A stretch of 64,000 bases of DNA from an uncultured Candidatus Peribacteria bacterium. GTDB lineage: Bacteria > Patescibacteriota > Gracilibacteria > RBG-16-42-10. Positions 1 through 11,500 of the stretch are shown piece by piece. Each line of letters starts with the position of its first letter. Position 1 is the first letter of the stretch. The notes beneath the pieces are model-generated. The model had not been told where the DNA came from. It ran no database searches and was given only the letters and a program-made list of their open reading frames with translations. The stretch is taken from assembly GCA_964514565.1 (NCBI GenBank), contig CAZERA010000001.1, forward strand, positions 434,001-498,000. Reading direction: 5' to 3'. Made by a program: the position numbers and the translations under genes.

Positions 1-7
1 TGGATAT

Positions 8-457
8 GTGAATAGTACTGCTGCTGACTTGTTGATGGATGTTCCTGCCAGATGTCGGCATTTGCATAAAGATACCGAACTGCTTTTCCATTTGAGTACT
101 GGCGCTAGAGTTGATGCGGCCCATACGCTCAGCACCGAAAAGATGGCTGAAGCTAGAGCTACTGAACTGGCTAGTATGAAGGAAATGTTTAGGCGGGCTA
201 CTTATCATCCTGATCATGCCCAGTATGTGGTTGATTTGGTGGATCGAGCTAGTCTGAAACCGGCAATTGGTGAAGATGTAGAGGTAGTATTTAGTGCCGC
301 TGAGACACAACTGCTTTGGCATGTCGGTTGTCACAGCGGACCTGATTTGCTTTGGCATTATCTGCGAAACCTGAAGCCAAGAACCAAAAGCAGTACGTTG
401 GAAAAGTTTATCAGCCTACCTGATGCTCGACCGATTGCTAAATTTTTTGGTTTGTAA
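8..457 (+). CDS. Hypothetical protein, possibly 5'-truncated by the window edge
   Basis: 149-aa ORF; frame is open back to the window start; no recognisable motif. Confidence 0.5.
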   Translation: MNSTAADLLMDVPARCRHLHKDTELLFHLSTGARVDAAHTLSTEKMAEARATELASMKEMFRRATYHPDHAQYVVDLVDRASLKPAIGEDVEVVFSAAETQLLWHVGCHSGPDLLWHYLRNLKPRTKSSTLEKFISLPDARPIAKFFGL

Positions 458-460
458 TTA

Positions 461-504
461 AAAAGATGAGAAGCTTAGTTGGTCCTAAGACATTCTCACC
501 TTTT
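461..504. terminator. Probable bidirectional intrinsic terminator between convergent genes
   Basis: Imperfect hairpin AAAAG-a-TGAGAA-g-CTTAG...CTAAG-aca-TTCTCA-c-CTTTT between the stops at 457 (+) and 534 (-). Confidence 0.5.
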
Positions 505-533
505 GAGAAACCATTGATTTGAATCGAACAGTC

Positions 534-3500
534 TTACTTGGTAAGCGCTAGGAGTTGTTTGCGGTAAACGAATGCGGCGCTAGCTAGGATACTGAGAGTG
601 AAGACTACCATCACACCGACTGGACCTGTAGTAGGTAATTCGACGAAGGCTACTGCGTAGGCACCTGTATCGAGAGTGGCTGTGTTGGGTGCTAGTGACA
701 CTGTCTTGCTACTAGCGTCTGGTTCTCCAGAAGCTGTGTAGGTAATCACTACGCGACCGTTGCCTGGAATAGTGAAGGTGAGACCTTCAGCATTACCGAT
801 AGTACCACTGCTATAGAGTGCACCGTCTACGCGGAGTGAGTCTGGATTGAAGCGTACGAGACCACCGCTTTGACCAGGCACTACACCGTTGTTGAGACCG
901 ATAGTATCCACTACACGATGAGTTTCTGCCTCAGCATTTGGATTGCTGATGACTATAGTATAGTTGGCAATCTCACCACGTTTTACTTTGCCAGGAGTAA
1001 CAGTCTTTTCAATACCGATTGGTTGCGCTGGAGGAGGAGGAATAACCATTCCTACCACTTGGACTGAAGCATCAGCTTCATCACGGATGTTGACGTTTGG
1101 AGTGTCATCACGGAGAGATGCAGTGTTGTCTACAGTGACGATGTCGCTACCAGTGAGTCCTGGAGCACTGACACGGACACGGTAAGTAATACGGATATCA
1201 TCATCTGCACCGACATCTTCACAAGTGATACCATCTGAGTCATTCATCTCACCACTACAGTCACCATCACCACTCACGCGGATCTTGGTGCTATTGCGGA
1301 CATAAGTGAATTTGACGCCCTTGTCTCCACTCAATGTACCATCATCATTGATATCATCAGTGATCAGTAAAGTAAGATTAGCAATCTCATCATTGGTACC
1401 TCTTGGTGAAACACGGATAGTATAAGTCACTTCGTCTCCATCATGTACCAATTGAGGTGAAGCATCCTTGCGGATACGGAAGTCAGTATGGAGTGTAGCT
1501 GTACCACGCACTTGCACTACAGCAGGATTGCTAACTGGAGCAGCATTGCTTGGAGTAGCGGTAGCTGTGTTGCGGTTATAGCCACTATCTGTGGTGCCAC
1601 TATTGGTACCAGTTGCACTATAGCTGAGTGTGGCACTTTGACCCGCCGCAAGATTGAATGTACGAGCAGCAAGATCAGCACCGAGATTGGTCACAGTACA
1701 AGGAGTAGCGATTACACAAGCCCCAGTAGGAGTAATCAAACGAATATTGCTTACATTGCTCACGTTTGGAAGACCACTGACTAATGTGTCACTGAGGACG
1801 ATATTAGTCACATCAACTGTGCTGGTATTGCGGACGGTAATCAAGTAATTGAGAGTAGTCCCATTGTTTACAACTACTGCACTAGCATCAGTATCAGCAG
1901 CTTGGCTGTTGACGTCTTTTGTAATAGTAATAGTAGGAGTGATTGGTGTAGTACCAGTGACAATGACAACTGCAGGATTAGTTACAGGACCTGTCTCAGT
2001 ACTAGTCACAGTCGCTGTATTGATGTTTGGAGTACTGTCAGTAGCAGTAGTATTGATACCTACAGCGTCATAACTAAGTGTAGCGCTTTGACCTGCGGCC
2101 AATGTGAAACTTTGCGCAGCAAGAGCTGAGCCAAGGTTGGCAATAGGACAAGGTGTAGCTGTGACACATGAACCAGTAGGAGTGATCAAACGAATGTTGC
2201 TCACGCTATTTACATTTGGTAAGCCAGCCAACATGTTGTCACTAATGTGTACATTGGTAAGAGTTACGCTGCCATTGGCTGAAGGCGCTCCCACAGTAAT
2301 CAAATAATGAAGAGCTGTGTTGTTTGGTACACGGACTGCATGTCCAGCATCATCAGCTGGTTGACCATTGACGTCTTTGGTAATAGTGACATTGACTGTA
2401 CCAGGACGATCAGAAGAGAAGGCGATATCACGGCTACCAGGTGTACAACCAGTAGTAGCAATTGGGAAACAAACATACACTTCGTTGCGATGGTAACCAG
2501 TACCAGTAGGACGAGTGCCGCTAGTAGGATTGACTAATACATTGTAATAGAAGGCGATAGTCTGACCAGCTCCGACTGAAGGAATAGTGAAACGGATAGC
2601 ATTAGTTGTGCTGCCGGCACCTACATAGGTGACACGACTGCTACCGGTGAGAGCAGTTTCATTTGAACCACTAACAGTATAAGTACCATCGAGCAAAGTA
2701 CCGTTGGCTAAAGTAGAACCAGCAGAGTCCACTACATTTTGAGCATTGATAACAGTGTCATTGCGAAGGAAGAATTGATCCTCTAGCGCGAGATTGTTTA
2801 GCGGAGCAGTGCCTGTATTGCTAACAGTAACACGGTAATAAGTAATATAAGGATTGTTTTGTGCACCAAAGTCTGCTGCGCTACCAGTAGTAGCAGTCTC
2901 ACCGTCTACAAATGAGCTTGGAATAGCAGCACCTGTACTTGGACGTACTGCAGTAGAAACATATTTCTTCACTGTAGGTGGTACTGGAGGTTGACTCATG
3001 ATATGAGCATCATCACAGAAGTTTTCAGTAGCACAGTTGGCAACAGTGACAGCATTGTCAGGAATACTAGGTACAGAAGTAAAACTACCTTCACCGAAGT
3101 TTTGATAGCTATAGCTAACTACTCTAGCACGATTGAAACTATTTTCAGCAGCAGTTTGGCTTGGAGCTGGCAAAGTAGCTTGGTAGCTAAAAAGTACTTC
3201 TTGTAATCTGCCATCAAATGGAGCAGAAATCGCTAATGGAGCCGTAATAGTTGATGCAGCTGCAATCGCTGTATTTGGGATTGTAACCAATGCACCGATT
3301 AAAGCTTGTGCTCCAGTATTGAAGCGTAAGTTGCCACCACTTGTTGATGATGTAACACGGAATGGATCACCAGCGCTATTTGAATTGAGTTGAATCGCTA
3401 CTGTTCTAGCTGGCGTTGTAGAATTGTCTTGTAATTTGAGGTAAGTAGTGACAGATCCGGCTACAAGTGTTGGAGTAGTGCGGGCTGCGGCATCATATGC

Positions 3501-5453
3501 TGTACGAGCTTTATAATAACTATCATCGACACTAATAGTAGATAAGAATGAAGTATCACTAGTACGAACAGCTTTTTGCAATTTTACTAAATAGTTGCCA
3601 GGGAAAGTAGTACTTGGCAGGGTGCCGTCAGCATTGAAACGAACTGCTTGTGCGCTCAAATCTGCATCTTGGTAGAGGCTGATGCTTGAACGATCTACAG
3701 CATTATTGGAAGCTAAATCTTGAAGCAAGTTGGCAGCAGTAGGAGCTTGGTTAGTAACGTATTTCTCAACATCTACAATAGGTGTAGGTAATACCTGACT
3801 AGCTAATATATAAGCAGGATCTTGTTGTGAAGGTAGGCCACAGAATGCAGTTTGTGCACAGCTTACGATTCTGGCATTGTTTCTATTATATACTGTGCCA
3901 GATACTGGATGAGGAATGACTGCATCATAGTAAAATACGATAGTTCTATGTGCTTGTAATCTAGGTAAGCTGAAATTGATATGATTACCGTCAGTATTAA
4001 CAAAATTAACTGTTTGTAGCGTTGTATCACCACTAGCTAATGGATCTTCACTGGTTGTTCCATTGGTGAAGAATGTCGGCAACGCAGCTGATGTCGTAAG
4101 CGGTGTAGTCGTGCCGTATTGTACAATCGCTGGAGCTTGGGCTGTAGATTCATTGCCTGGGAAAAATGTGTCGGAGATCACTAAGTTGGTCAGGTCGCTG
4201 TCGCTTTCGTTGCTCAATGTCACACGGTAATGAGCAGGGAAGTCAGTAGTACGTTGAGCGAAATCTACGGCTTGATCTGTGCTGTTGGCATCAAAGAATT
4301 GACCATTTATAGTTGATTGAGCTTGTGAACCTGTAGCACGAGTTGTTGTTGAAACAAACTTTTTAATTTGAGGTGCTGTTGCTGTTGGCTCAGGGATTAC
4401 GTTAGCTAAGAAAGTGAGGTAGCCAGAGTTTTGGAAACAACCAATAATAGTACCCTCAGGAGTGATTGTGATGCCGTTACCATTTTGAGTACTGGTTAAT
4501 GGCATACCTTTATTCAAGCCTGTACCAGTTGGATTGAAGAAACTATTAGCGCTACCTTCGCTGGTAGTGAGAGCTCTAGGCGCATTGAACTCTAATTCAT
4601 TGATACTAGGTATACGGGTTGATGTATGTTCAATAAATTGAAGTGAACTAACCTCTGGATCAAGCATGAAGCGGTTCTGAGTATCAGCAAAGTGACCACC
4701 ATTGGTAAGATGTACTACTACGTCATTGCTAATAGTCTTATCTGCTAAAGCCGTTTGGCTAGCAAATTGGTCATTGGCAAGGTTCATATTGTTATAATAT
4801 GAAACATTGTCTGCACTGATATAACCAGTCACTTTTGGTGATTGTTGGAAATCAGTAGGAATATTTACATAAACACGAGTGTTGTTTGCTTGTTGACCAA
4901 ATGCTGTACCAGTAGTTTCTGGTGGTTGACCGTCATTGTGGACATACAAATAGAAACGTACTTTGACGTTGGTATATGGAGTACCAGCAGTGGTGGTACC
5001 AGTAAGATTGTTCTTATTCAAGATCAAAGGATCTTGAGCATATTCAAGATCACGTGAGGTTGTACCATTTCCTGGGCCAATATTGTCATTGTCAGGAATA
5101 GCATTATCACCAATCTGTACATCAGGACGTGCAGATAAAAATTGTCTCTCGTCACCAATGACATCAGAGCTACGACGTACATCATCAAATGAATTGTCTC
5201 TCACCAAGATACGACGTCCTTCTAAGGTACGTAAATTCTCATAGTTATTGAATGTAGCAAATGGGAAAGCATAGTAGCTTACGTTGCCATTGCTAGCCAC
5301 AACAGGCTGTCTGCCTAGTCGATTGGGCAAAAAAGTTGATGTGTCACCAGCATTGGCCGAGGTAGACAGAAAAGTGGTCGGCATGACGGTTGATACCAAA
5401 ATACCAACAGCTAAAGCTAACGAGAGAAGTTTGTATGGTGAGGACTTGGACAT
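534..5453 (-). CDS. Large secreted surface protein with tandem DUF11/Cna-like Ig domains and a C-terminal LPXTG-type sorting signal
   Basis: N-terminal signal peptide (ending ...SANA); repeated IxK...Y(T/L/R)(I/V)T(V/L)xN...SD...NTA modules; C-terminus LPTTG + hydrophobic helix + YRKQ...K tail. Confidence 0.85.
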   Translation of the reverse strand: MSKSSPYKLLSLALAVGILVSTVMPTTFLSTSANAGDTSTFLPNRLGRQPVVASNGNVSYYAFPFATFNNYENLRTLEGRRILVRDNSFDDVRRSSDVIGDERQFLSARPDVQIGDNAIPDNDNIGPGNGTTSRDLEYAQDPLILNKNNLTGTTTAGTPYTNVKVRFYLYVHNDGQPPETTGTAFGQQANNTRVYVNIPTDFQQSPKVTGYISADNVSYYNNMNLANDQFASQTALADKTISNDVVVHLTNGGHFADTQNRFMLDPEVSSLQFIEHTSTRIPSINELEFNAPRALTTSEGSANSFFNPTGTGLNKGMPLTSTQNGNGITITPEGTIIGCFQNSGYLTFLANVIPEPTATAPQIKKFVSTTTRATGSQAQSTINGQFFDANSTDQAVDFAQRTTDFPAHYRVTLSNESDSDLTNLVISDTFFPGNESTAQAPAIVQYGTTTPLTTSAALPTFFTNGTTSEDPLASGDTTLQTVNFVNTDGNHINFSLPRLQAHRTIVFYYDAVIPHPVSGTVYNRNNARIVSCAQTAFCGLPSQQDPAYILASQVLPTPIVDVEKYVTNQAPTAANLLQDLASNNAVDRSSISLYQDADLSAQAVRFNADGTLPSTTFPGNYLVKLQKAVRTSDTSFLSTISVDDSYYKARTAYDAAARTTPTLVAGSVTTYLKLQDNSTTPARTVAIQLNSNSAGDPFRVTSSTSGGNLRFNTGAQALIGALVTIPNTAIAAASTITAPLAISAPFDGRLQEVLFSYQATLPAPSQTAAENSFNRARVVSYSYQNFGEGSFTSVPSIPDNAVTVANCATENFCDDAHIMSQPPVPPTVKKYVSTAVRPSTGAAIPSSFVDGETATTGSAADFGAQNNPYITYYRVTVSNTGTAPLNNLALEDQFFLRNDTVINAQNVVDSAGSTLANGTLLDGTYTVSGSNETALTGSSRVTYVGAGSTTNAIRFTIPSVGAGQTIAFYYNVLVNPTSGTRPTGTGYHRNEVYVCFPIATTGCTPGSRDIAFSSDRPGTVNVTITKDVNGQPADDAGHAVRVPNNTALHYLITVGAPSANGSVTLTNVHISDNMLAGLPNVNSVSNIRLITPTGSCVTATPCPIANLGSALAAQSFTLAAGQSATLSYDAVGINTTATDSTPNINTATVTSTETGPVTNPAVVIVTGTTPITPTITITKDVNSQAADTDASAVVVNNGTTLNYLITVRNTSTVDVTNIVLSDTLVSGLPNVSNVSNIRLITPTGACVIATPCTVTNLGADLAARTFNLAAGQSATLSYSATGTNSGTTDSGYNRNTATATPSNAAPVSNPAVVQVRGTATLHTDFRIRKDASPQLVHDGDEVTYTIRVSPRGTNDEIANLTLLITDDINDDGTLSGDKGVKFTYVRNSTKIRVSGDGDCSGEMNDSDGITCEDVGADDDIRITYRVRVSAPGLTGSDIVTVDNTASLRDDTPNVNIRDEADASVQVVGMVIPPPPAQPIGIEKTVTPGKVKRGEIANYTIVISNPNAEAETHRVVDTIGLNNGVVPGQSGGLVRFNPDSLRVDGALYSSGTIGNAEGLTFTIPGNGRVVITYTASGEPDASSKTVSLAPNTATLDTGAYAVAFVELPTTGPVGVMVVFTLSILASAAFVYRKQLLALTK

Positions 5454-5510
5454 AAAATAGAATAGTTTCTAGTAATTATTGATTGAAATTGCTTAATTGT
5501 CAACTTTGTT

Positions 5511-8500
5511 TTAGTAAGTATCTGGTGTGTTACCGACTGTAGATGAGCCTTGTGGCACTTGCACTGGTGGAATATTTGGCTGTGCTCCTGCGCCATTTGG
5601 CATTGCACCGGCTTCGTTTGGTGTTGGGCCAATAGGTCCATATGTGTCTGGTGTAGGACCAGCATTGGTGTTATTTGGTAAGTTTTCATTTCTCTCGGTG
5701 TTTACATTTCCACCTTCCATGTGGTCAGGTTCTTGTCCACCTTCGCGATGGTCAGCTTCAGGTTGTGGCGGAGAAGATTGAACTCCAAATGTGCCGCCGG
5801 CAGTAATACTAGTTCCATTATCTAAGGTTCCTTCACCTGTGCGACGCAGCTCAAGATCCATATGCATTGGGCGAGTACCAACAGCAACAACTTCACCATT
5901 TTGAGTCAACGTGAGGTTTACTTGTGAGAAAACGAATTCGTTACCACAGTGACCGACATTTGGATGTGTGTCTTTGTTGGCATCAGCTACATAGATACCG
6001 CGAGTGACGCGAGCGTGTAGATTGATTGTGTATACACGATCGCCTGGCATGGTTACTGTGAAGCTGCGTACGCCGCGTTCGAGTTGGGTGCGAACGTTGG
6101 TAGCGAAGGCTGCTTCATTGGCAGTCAGACGAGTGTATTCAGCACCATGAATCAATGCTTGGTAAGCGGCATTGTGTTCTAATGCACCAGCAACAGCAGC
6201 TTGTCTTGCTGCATGAGTGCTACTAGCAGGCATTCTACCTAAAGTATCTGTTTGGATAGTATGACGCATAGTCTCAGCACTACTAAGTACTGCACGTTCA
6301 GTTGGTGAAAGCATGTTGAGGTAAAGAGCATTGCTTTGTACCAATGCATCTCTTTGATTGTATGTCTCACGCAAGAACATTCTGGCCATTGCTGTTTCGC
6401 TCGCAGTCATAGCTGTACCGTCACGATGGCTGCTTTGGAGATCATAGTGCTCAGCGAGAGTAATGATGGCTGCACCACCAGGAACCTGACGGCGAGTAAA
6501 TCCACCATGTTCACTACCCACTACGATATAACCTGCTGTACCAGCTGGAGTTCTCTCCAAATGACGAGGTGCCAAAGTTGCTTCAGTGTATTCAGTGAGA
6601 CCAGCAACTGCTGATTCACCAATACGAGTAGTCATAGTACCTGCAGCTGCGCGCATACGGGTATTTGATTCACGGATACCAGCTAGAGCGGCAGCATCAC
6701 CCGATGGATGGATAGAAGCAAAGTTGTTGCTACTGAGTCCAACACGTCTTGCTACTGCAGCACGTTGTTGAGCAAGTGAGCGATGTGAAATATCAGTTAA
6801 ATTGGCTGCATCAGTCAATTCATCAAGTAATCGCTCCATATCGTAGCGAAGAGTAAATTCGTGCCCATGCAAAGGGAAATCTGCTTGGTTGAGTAAATGG
6901 TGGATTACTTGGAGACGAGCTGCTTCTAATGTCGCAGGATCAGCGGTCCCAACATCTGAACGGTTGCGGAATGTACTAAGATGATTGGGATGATTGATAA
7001 TGTAGTTGTATACAGCTGATTCTAGAGCAAGATCCTGAGGTGTGGCATGGGCATCAAGCGCATTGAGGTCGCCCATTTCGGCATCGGTCAAAGCACTGTC
7101 TCGGTTGGCTGTAGGTAAGTCACTACTAGCTACTGGAGCAGTTTGAGCTGGTGTAGCAGAAGCTACTGCAGCTTGTTGACGAGTGTCATATTGACCAGTC
7201 GTAAAGCGGGTTGGTTGACCAGTCAGGTGTTCGATCGCTACAAAGTCACGAGTGCGTAAGGTAGCTTCTTCAGCCATTGCTTCCATTTCACTTGTAGGCA
7301 TATCCGCAGGACAGAACATGATGATTTCACGTTCTGTTTGGTTGACAGCGTTGGCCTCTAATCCACGAGCGTGGATGCGCACGATATTGAAATTGTTGTT
7401 GGCAGGTAAAGTCAAAGTCGCACTATTACCATCGCTGGCTGCTGCTAGAGTCAAACCAGGGACATTAGCATTTACGATACGATACTCGACATTGTCGATT
7501 GGATTTTCGATGCTGATTCTATTTCCTTCGAGGCGTAAGTGTGAACCACTCATAGCGGCAAGTACTGCACGTTCACGAGCTGCTGCATCAGTCACACCAC
7601 CCAATACTGTTTCACGGATATGACCAGTGCCACTAATCACGTGAGCTTGGCCAGCATGATCAGTACCTACTTGTGGAGCGACTACTTCACGACTCATACG
7701 GGTCACTACCGTGGTAGTGCCACTTTCAGATTGATTGAGTGAGGCTTCACGCACAGCTTCTTGGAATGCATTGTGGAAAGCAGTATGAAGCTCACCATTT
7801 GGTGCGCGACGGATTTCATAATACATACCAGCGCCAAAGGTGAGGCGAATATATGGACCAAAGGTAGGAACACCATTGATCATACCGATACCGACACCAC
7901 CACCAGTAATACCATTGCGGACTGAGTGTTCTAAACTAGTATCTTCTAATGCAGCAAATACTAAAGCATAACGGCGCTCTACTTCTGCACGGTTAGCTAA
8001 AATAGCTGCACGGTTTTCTTCTGGAGCAATACCATATTGGGCTACTACTCTATTTTGCATTTCCACTGGGGCACCGTCTTCAGGACGGACTGTCGCTCCC
8101 ACTTCTTGTTGGAGATCACGCATCATACCTTCAAAGGCATGAGTGGCATTGTATTGGAGACCTAGAATCGCTCCATAACTAAAGCCGGCAACAGTAATAC
8201 TACCGTTGACCATAGCGACAACATCTACACTATTACTGATACGTGCACGGACGCCGGCATACACACCAGCTGCGACTCCAGGAGTAAGATTAGCAGTACC
8301 GACACCTGCTACAGCGCCGACCATCAAATCAACACCACGAGTGACACGGAAAGTATAATTAGCATGTGCACCACCACCGACACCGACACCATCTGGAGAA
8401 CCAGCGACACCGAAGTCTAAACCGACTGTGAAGTTGTGGCGGCCATTGTCAGATGGGAAAGAGAATTCCTTGCTGATACCGACACCAGCACCTTGAAATG

Positions 8501-11500
8501 TGGTGTTGTGGAAAGCAGCTCCTGCACCGAAGTGGAGAAGTTGTTCACGAATGCGTGCTGCAGAAACAGCCATTTCGGGATTGTTTTGATGAGCAGCATT
8601 GATACGATTGGCGATATCTTGGGCAATTGGATCAGCGTTTGTAGTCAACAATTCACGTTCAGCAGCAATGGCCATGATGCGACCAAGTAATGGCAACTCA
8701 GAGGTAGGTACAGAACGACCAGCCTGAGTAGCTGCATTGATACGATCACGTAAGTGCGTTTCTAATTGATGAAGTTGTTCAACTGAATAAGCTTGTAAAT
8801 CAGCTTGTTCTGGAATACTACCTACTACCTCGTGTAATGTTGCTCTTTCAGCAGCAGAGAGTGTAGTGGTGAGTTGGCCATTGGCATGAGGAGCCGCTTC
8901 TCTAGCAGCTACTTCACGTAAACCAGCTACTGCACGTACGATTGGTGTGCCGCGCTCGACAGCGAGTGCCATACCATAACGAATGGCCATACGTTGTCTA
9001 TTATCCAAGGTAGCGTCTAATGTCTCGCCTAAAATGACTGGACTATTGCGACCTTCTGGAATCTCTAAGCGTTGTGAACGAGCACGATTACTATTTAAAT
9101 ACCTTTCACCGGATTGACGGAGAAGCTCTACATCAGCCAAGAAGGCATTGTCATCAAATGTACCTGGTGCTGTGGTGTGATTGCGACGTAAATCATCGAG
9201 ACGACCGCGGATATCTGATTCAGTCAAAATAGTATTGAGATTGGTACGAACGATCTGATCTGATTCAATATGGCTAGCATCTCTAGGTGTAGTGATAGTT
9301 TCATCGCTATCAATATCCGCTAGAGAGTGAATAACTGCAGTAGTGCGTTGGGCACCACCTTGCTCGTATGTGTCTTCAGGATCTGTAATTTCTACTTCGC
9401 TATGCGCTACACGACGATCTTCAGTTTGATCTCCAGACTCGCTATTGCTAGCAAATTGAGGATTAAGTTTTAAATGTAATCCAGCGTATTCAGCAATTTC
9501 ACGAAGTGGATGCAAGAATGTCTGCATCTCAGGTGAAGTAGTATCATCGCCAGAAGGTATACCTAGGCTCTCAGTTAAATCTTTTGTGCTGAGGGTGCCA
9601 TCTTCTTTCAATGCTGCTACTACTGCGCGTAATACACGTTCTTCACTGATACCTCTTGCCCAGGGGTATTGGTCAAAAGAAACACGACGATTGTTGTGTG
9701 CTGTAGCTACGAATGCTCTGATTTGATCCATCAAATAACCTGAACCCAATAAATCTGAGCGAACTGTAGCGATGCGAGTTTCTTGATTGACGTTGTCTAA
9801 CCAAGCTCCCACTGCATGAGAATCAGCATTGCTGAACTCGTGGTCTAGTTCTGTGCGAGTTACTATGCCTTGAAAATGCACTGCATTTTGAGCTGCTTCT
9901 CGTTCGCTGGAATATGCTTCAGTGTGTGCGCGTACGACGCTGCTAATGACAGATGTATCATTGCCAGCACGAATTGCGGTTGCACTTTCTGGAGCAATAC
10001 GCTCACTCAATATTGCTAGTACTTCACGTAGTGGGCGATTGGCTACAGCTGTATTGAGGTGGGCGACTGTATCAGAGAAACCAGTACCATTGATACCTAC
10101 TACCCTTATAACCCGTAAAGACCCATCCGCATTGGGATGAGTCATTAGGGTAACGTCGTCATGTGCATTGGGCCCAGTACCTTGGATTAGAATTCCTCCA
10201 CTGGGATTGACCCGAGCGGAAAGCCGCAGATGGTCATTGACCGCGGCTTCATTATTATATGCTTCTATCACTGCATGCCTAATATTGTATGAGGCTGGAT
10301 GATTGATTTCACCTGGCTCGACTGGTGGTCGAGTAGCTACTGCTTCAGGATGAGCAGCATCAGCTTGGCGTTCTACTAACGTGTGTTGTTCTCCGGCTTG
10401 TGCCGCAGCTGCGGCAGGAGGTGTAGCGCTTGGAGCAGCTACACGTGCGCCTCTTACTTCTGCTCTTGGAGCTGTTCTACCTGCATTGCCACTTGTCCCA
10501 CCTGAGCTACCTGTACCTGTTGGTCTTTGGGGACCTGAGGTTGGGCCTGCTGTAGGACCAGTTGGTTCATCATCATCACCGGTCAAAGGAACATCACCGT
10601 CTAAGCCGTCGAAAGCGTGTGCATCTAAGCCATTGCCTGAACCTGTATCAGTAGTGCGAGTGCCAGCTACTTGAGCGCTTGGCGCTGGAGTAGGAGCTGG
10701 TCTTGCTGCTGCTGGAGTTGGTGCAGGTGCAGCTGCTGGATGATTGTCATTGGCACCGAGACTACCTAATACATTGTGGACAGAGGCAACAGGATCAGCG
10801 ACTGCGGCAGTCACTGGAGCGGCTGCGCTAGCTACGGTTGCTGCTGGGTTGGTAACTGTCTGTCTTGCTGTTTGAGCTACTGTTGCTGCTGGAGCAGCAG
10901 GTGCTGCACTAGGAGTCGGTGCTGGATTTACTGTAGGAGCTGCTGCTGGAGCGGCGTTGGCTACAGGTGTTGTAGTACTTGCTGTACTGTTTTCCACTAC
11001 TTCAGTGCCTTCTTCGTTGTAATATGAACGAATTTGACTAACGATGTTGTTGGAAACTTCGCGAGTAGCATCAGTGACCTGAGGTAAATAAATGATATGT
11101 TTACCATCTGCATCAGTAGCAACACGATATGTCAGTGTATGTGCTACATTTTGAGCATCAATGAAGCGTGCTTCTAGTTCACCAGCATTGCTGCCCGGTT
11201 CGATTACTAGTGCTCTTCTAGCTGCAGTAAGTTCAGTTTCTAAACGGGCACGATCAGCGGTTTCGCTAGCATCAGTTTCGAACAGATCTTGTCTGGTTGA
11301 GTCTATCGCATCATCATGTGATTCTTGAGAGTTTGAATTATCAATTGCGCCAAGTAAGTGATCTACTAATTCTTCACGGTCACCAGTTTCAATATTATTA
11401 GAAACTGTATTTGATGGAGCAATAGTAGGTGCCACACTATTTCTAATTGCTGATTCTACTTCACGCATTAGTGGTAGTGACTGTGCCTCAACTCCAGCTG

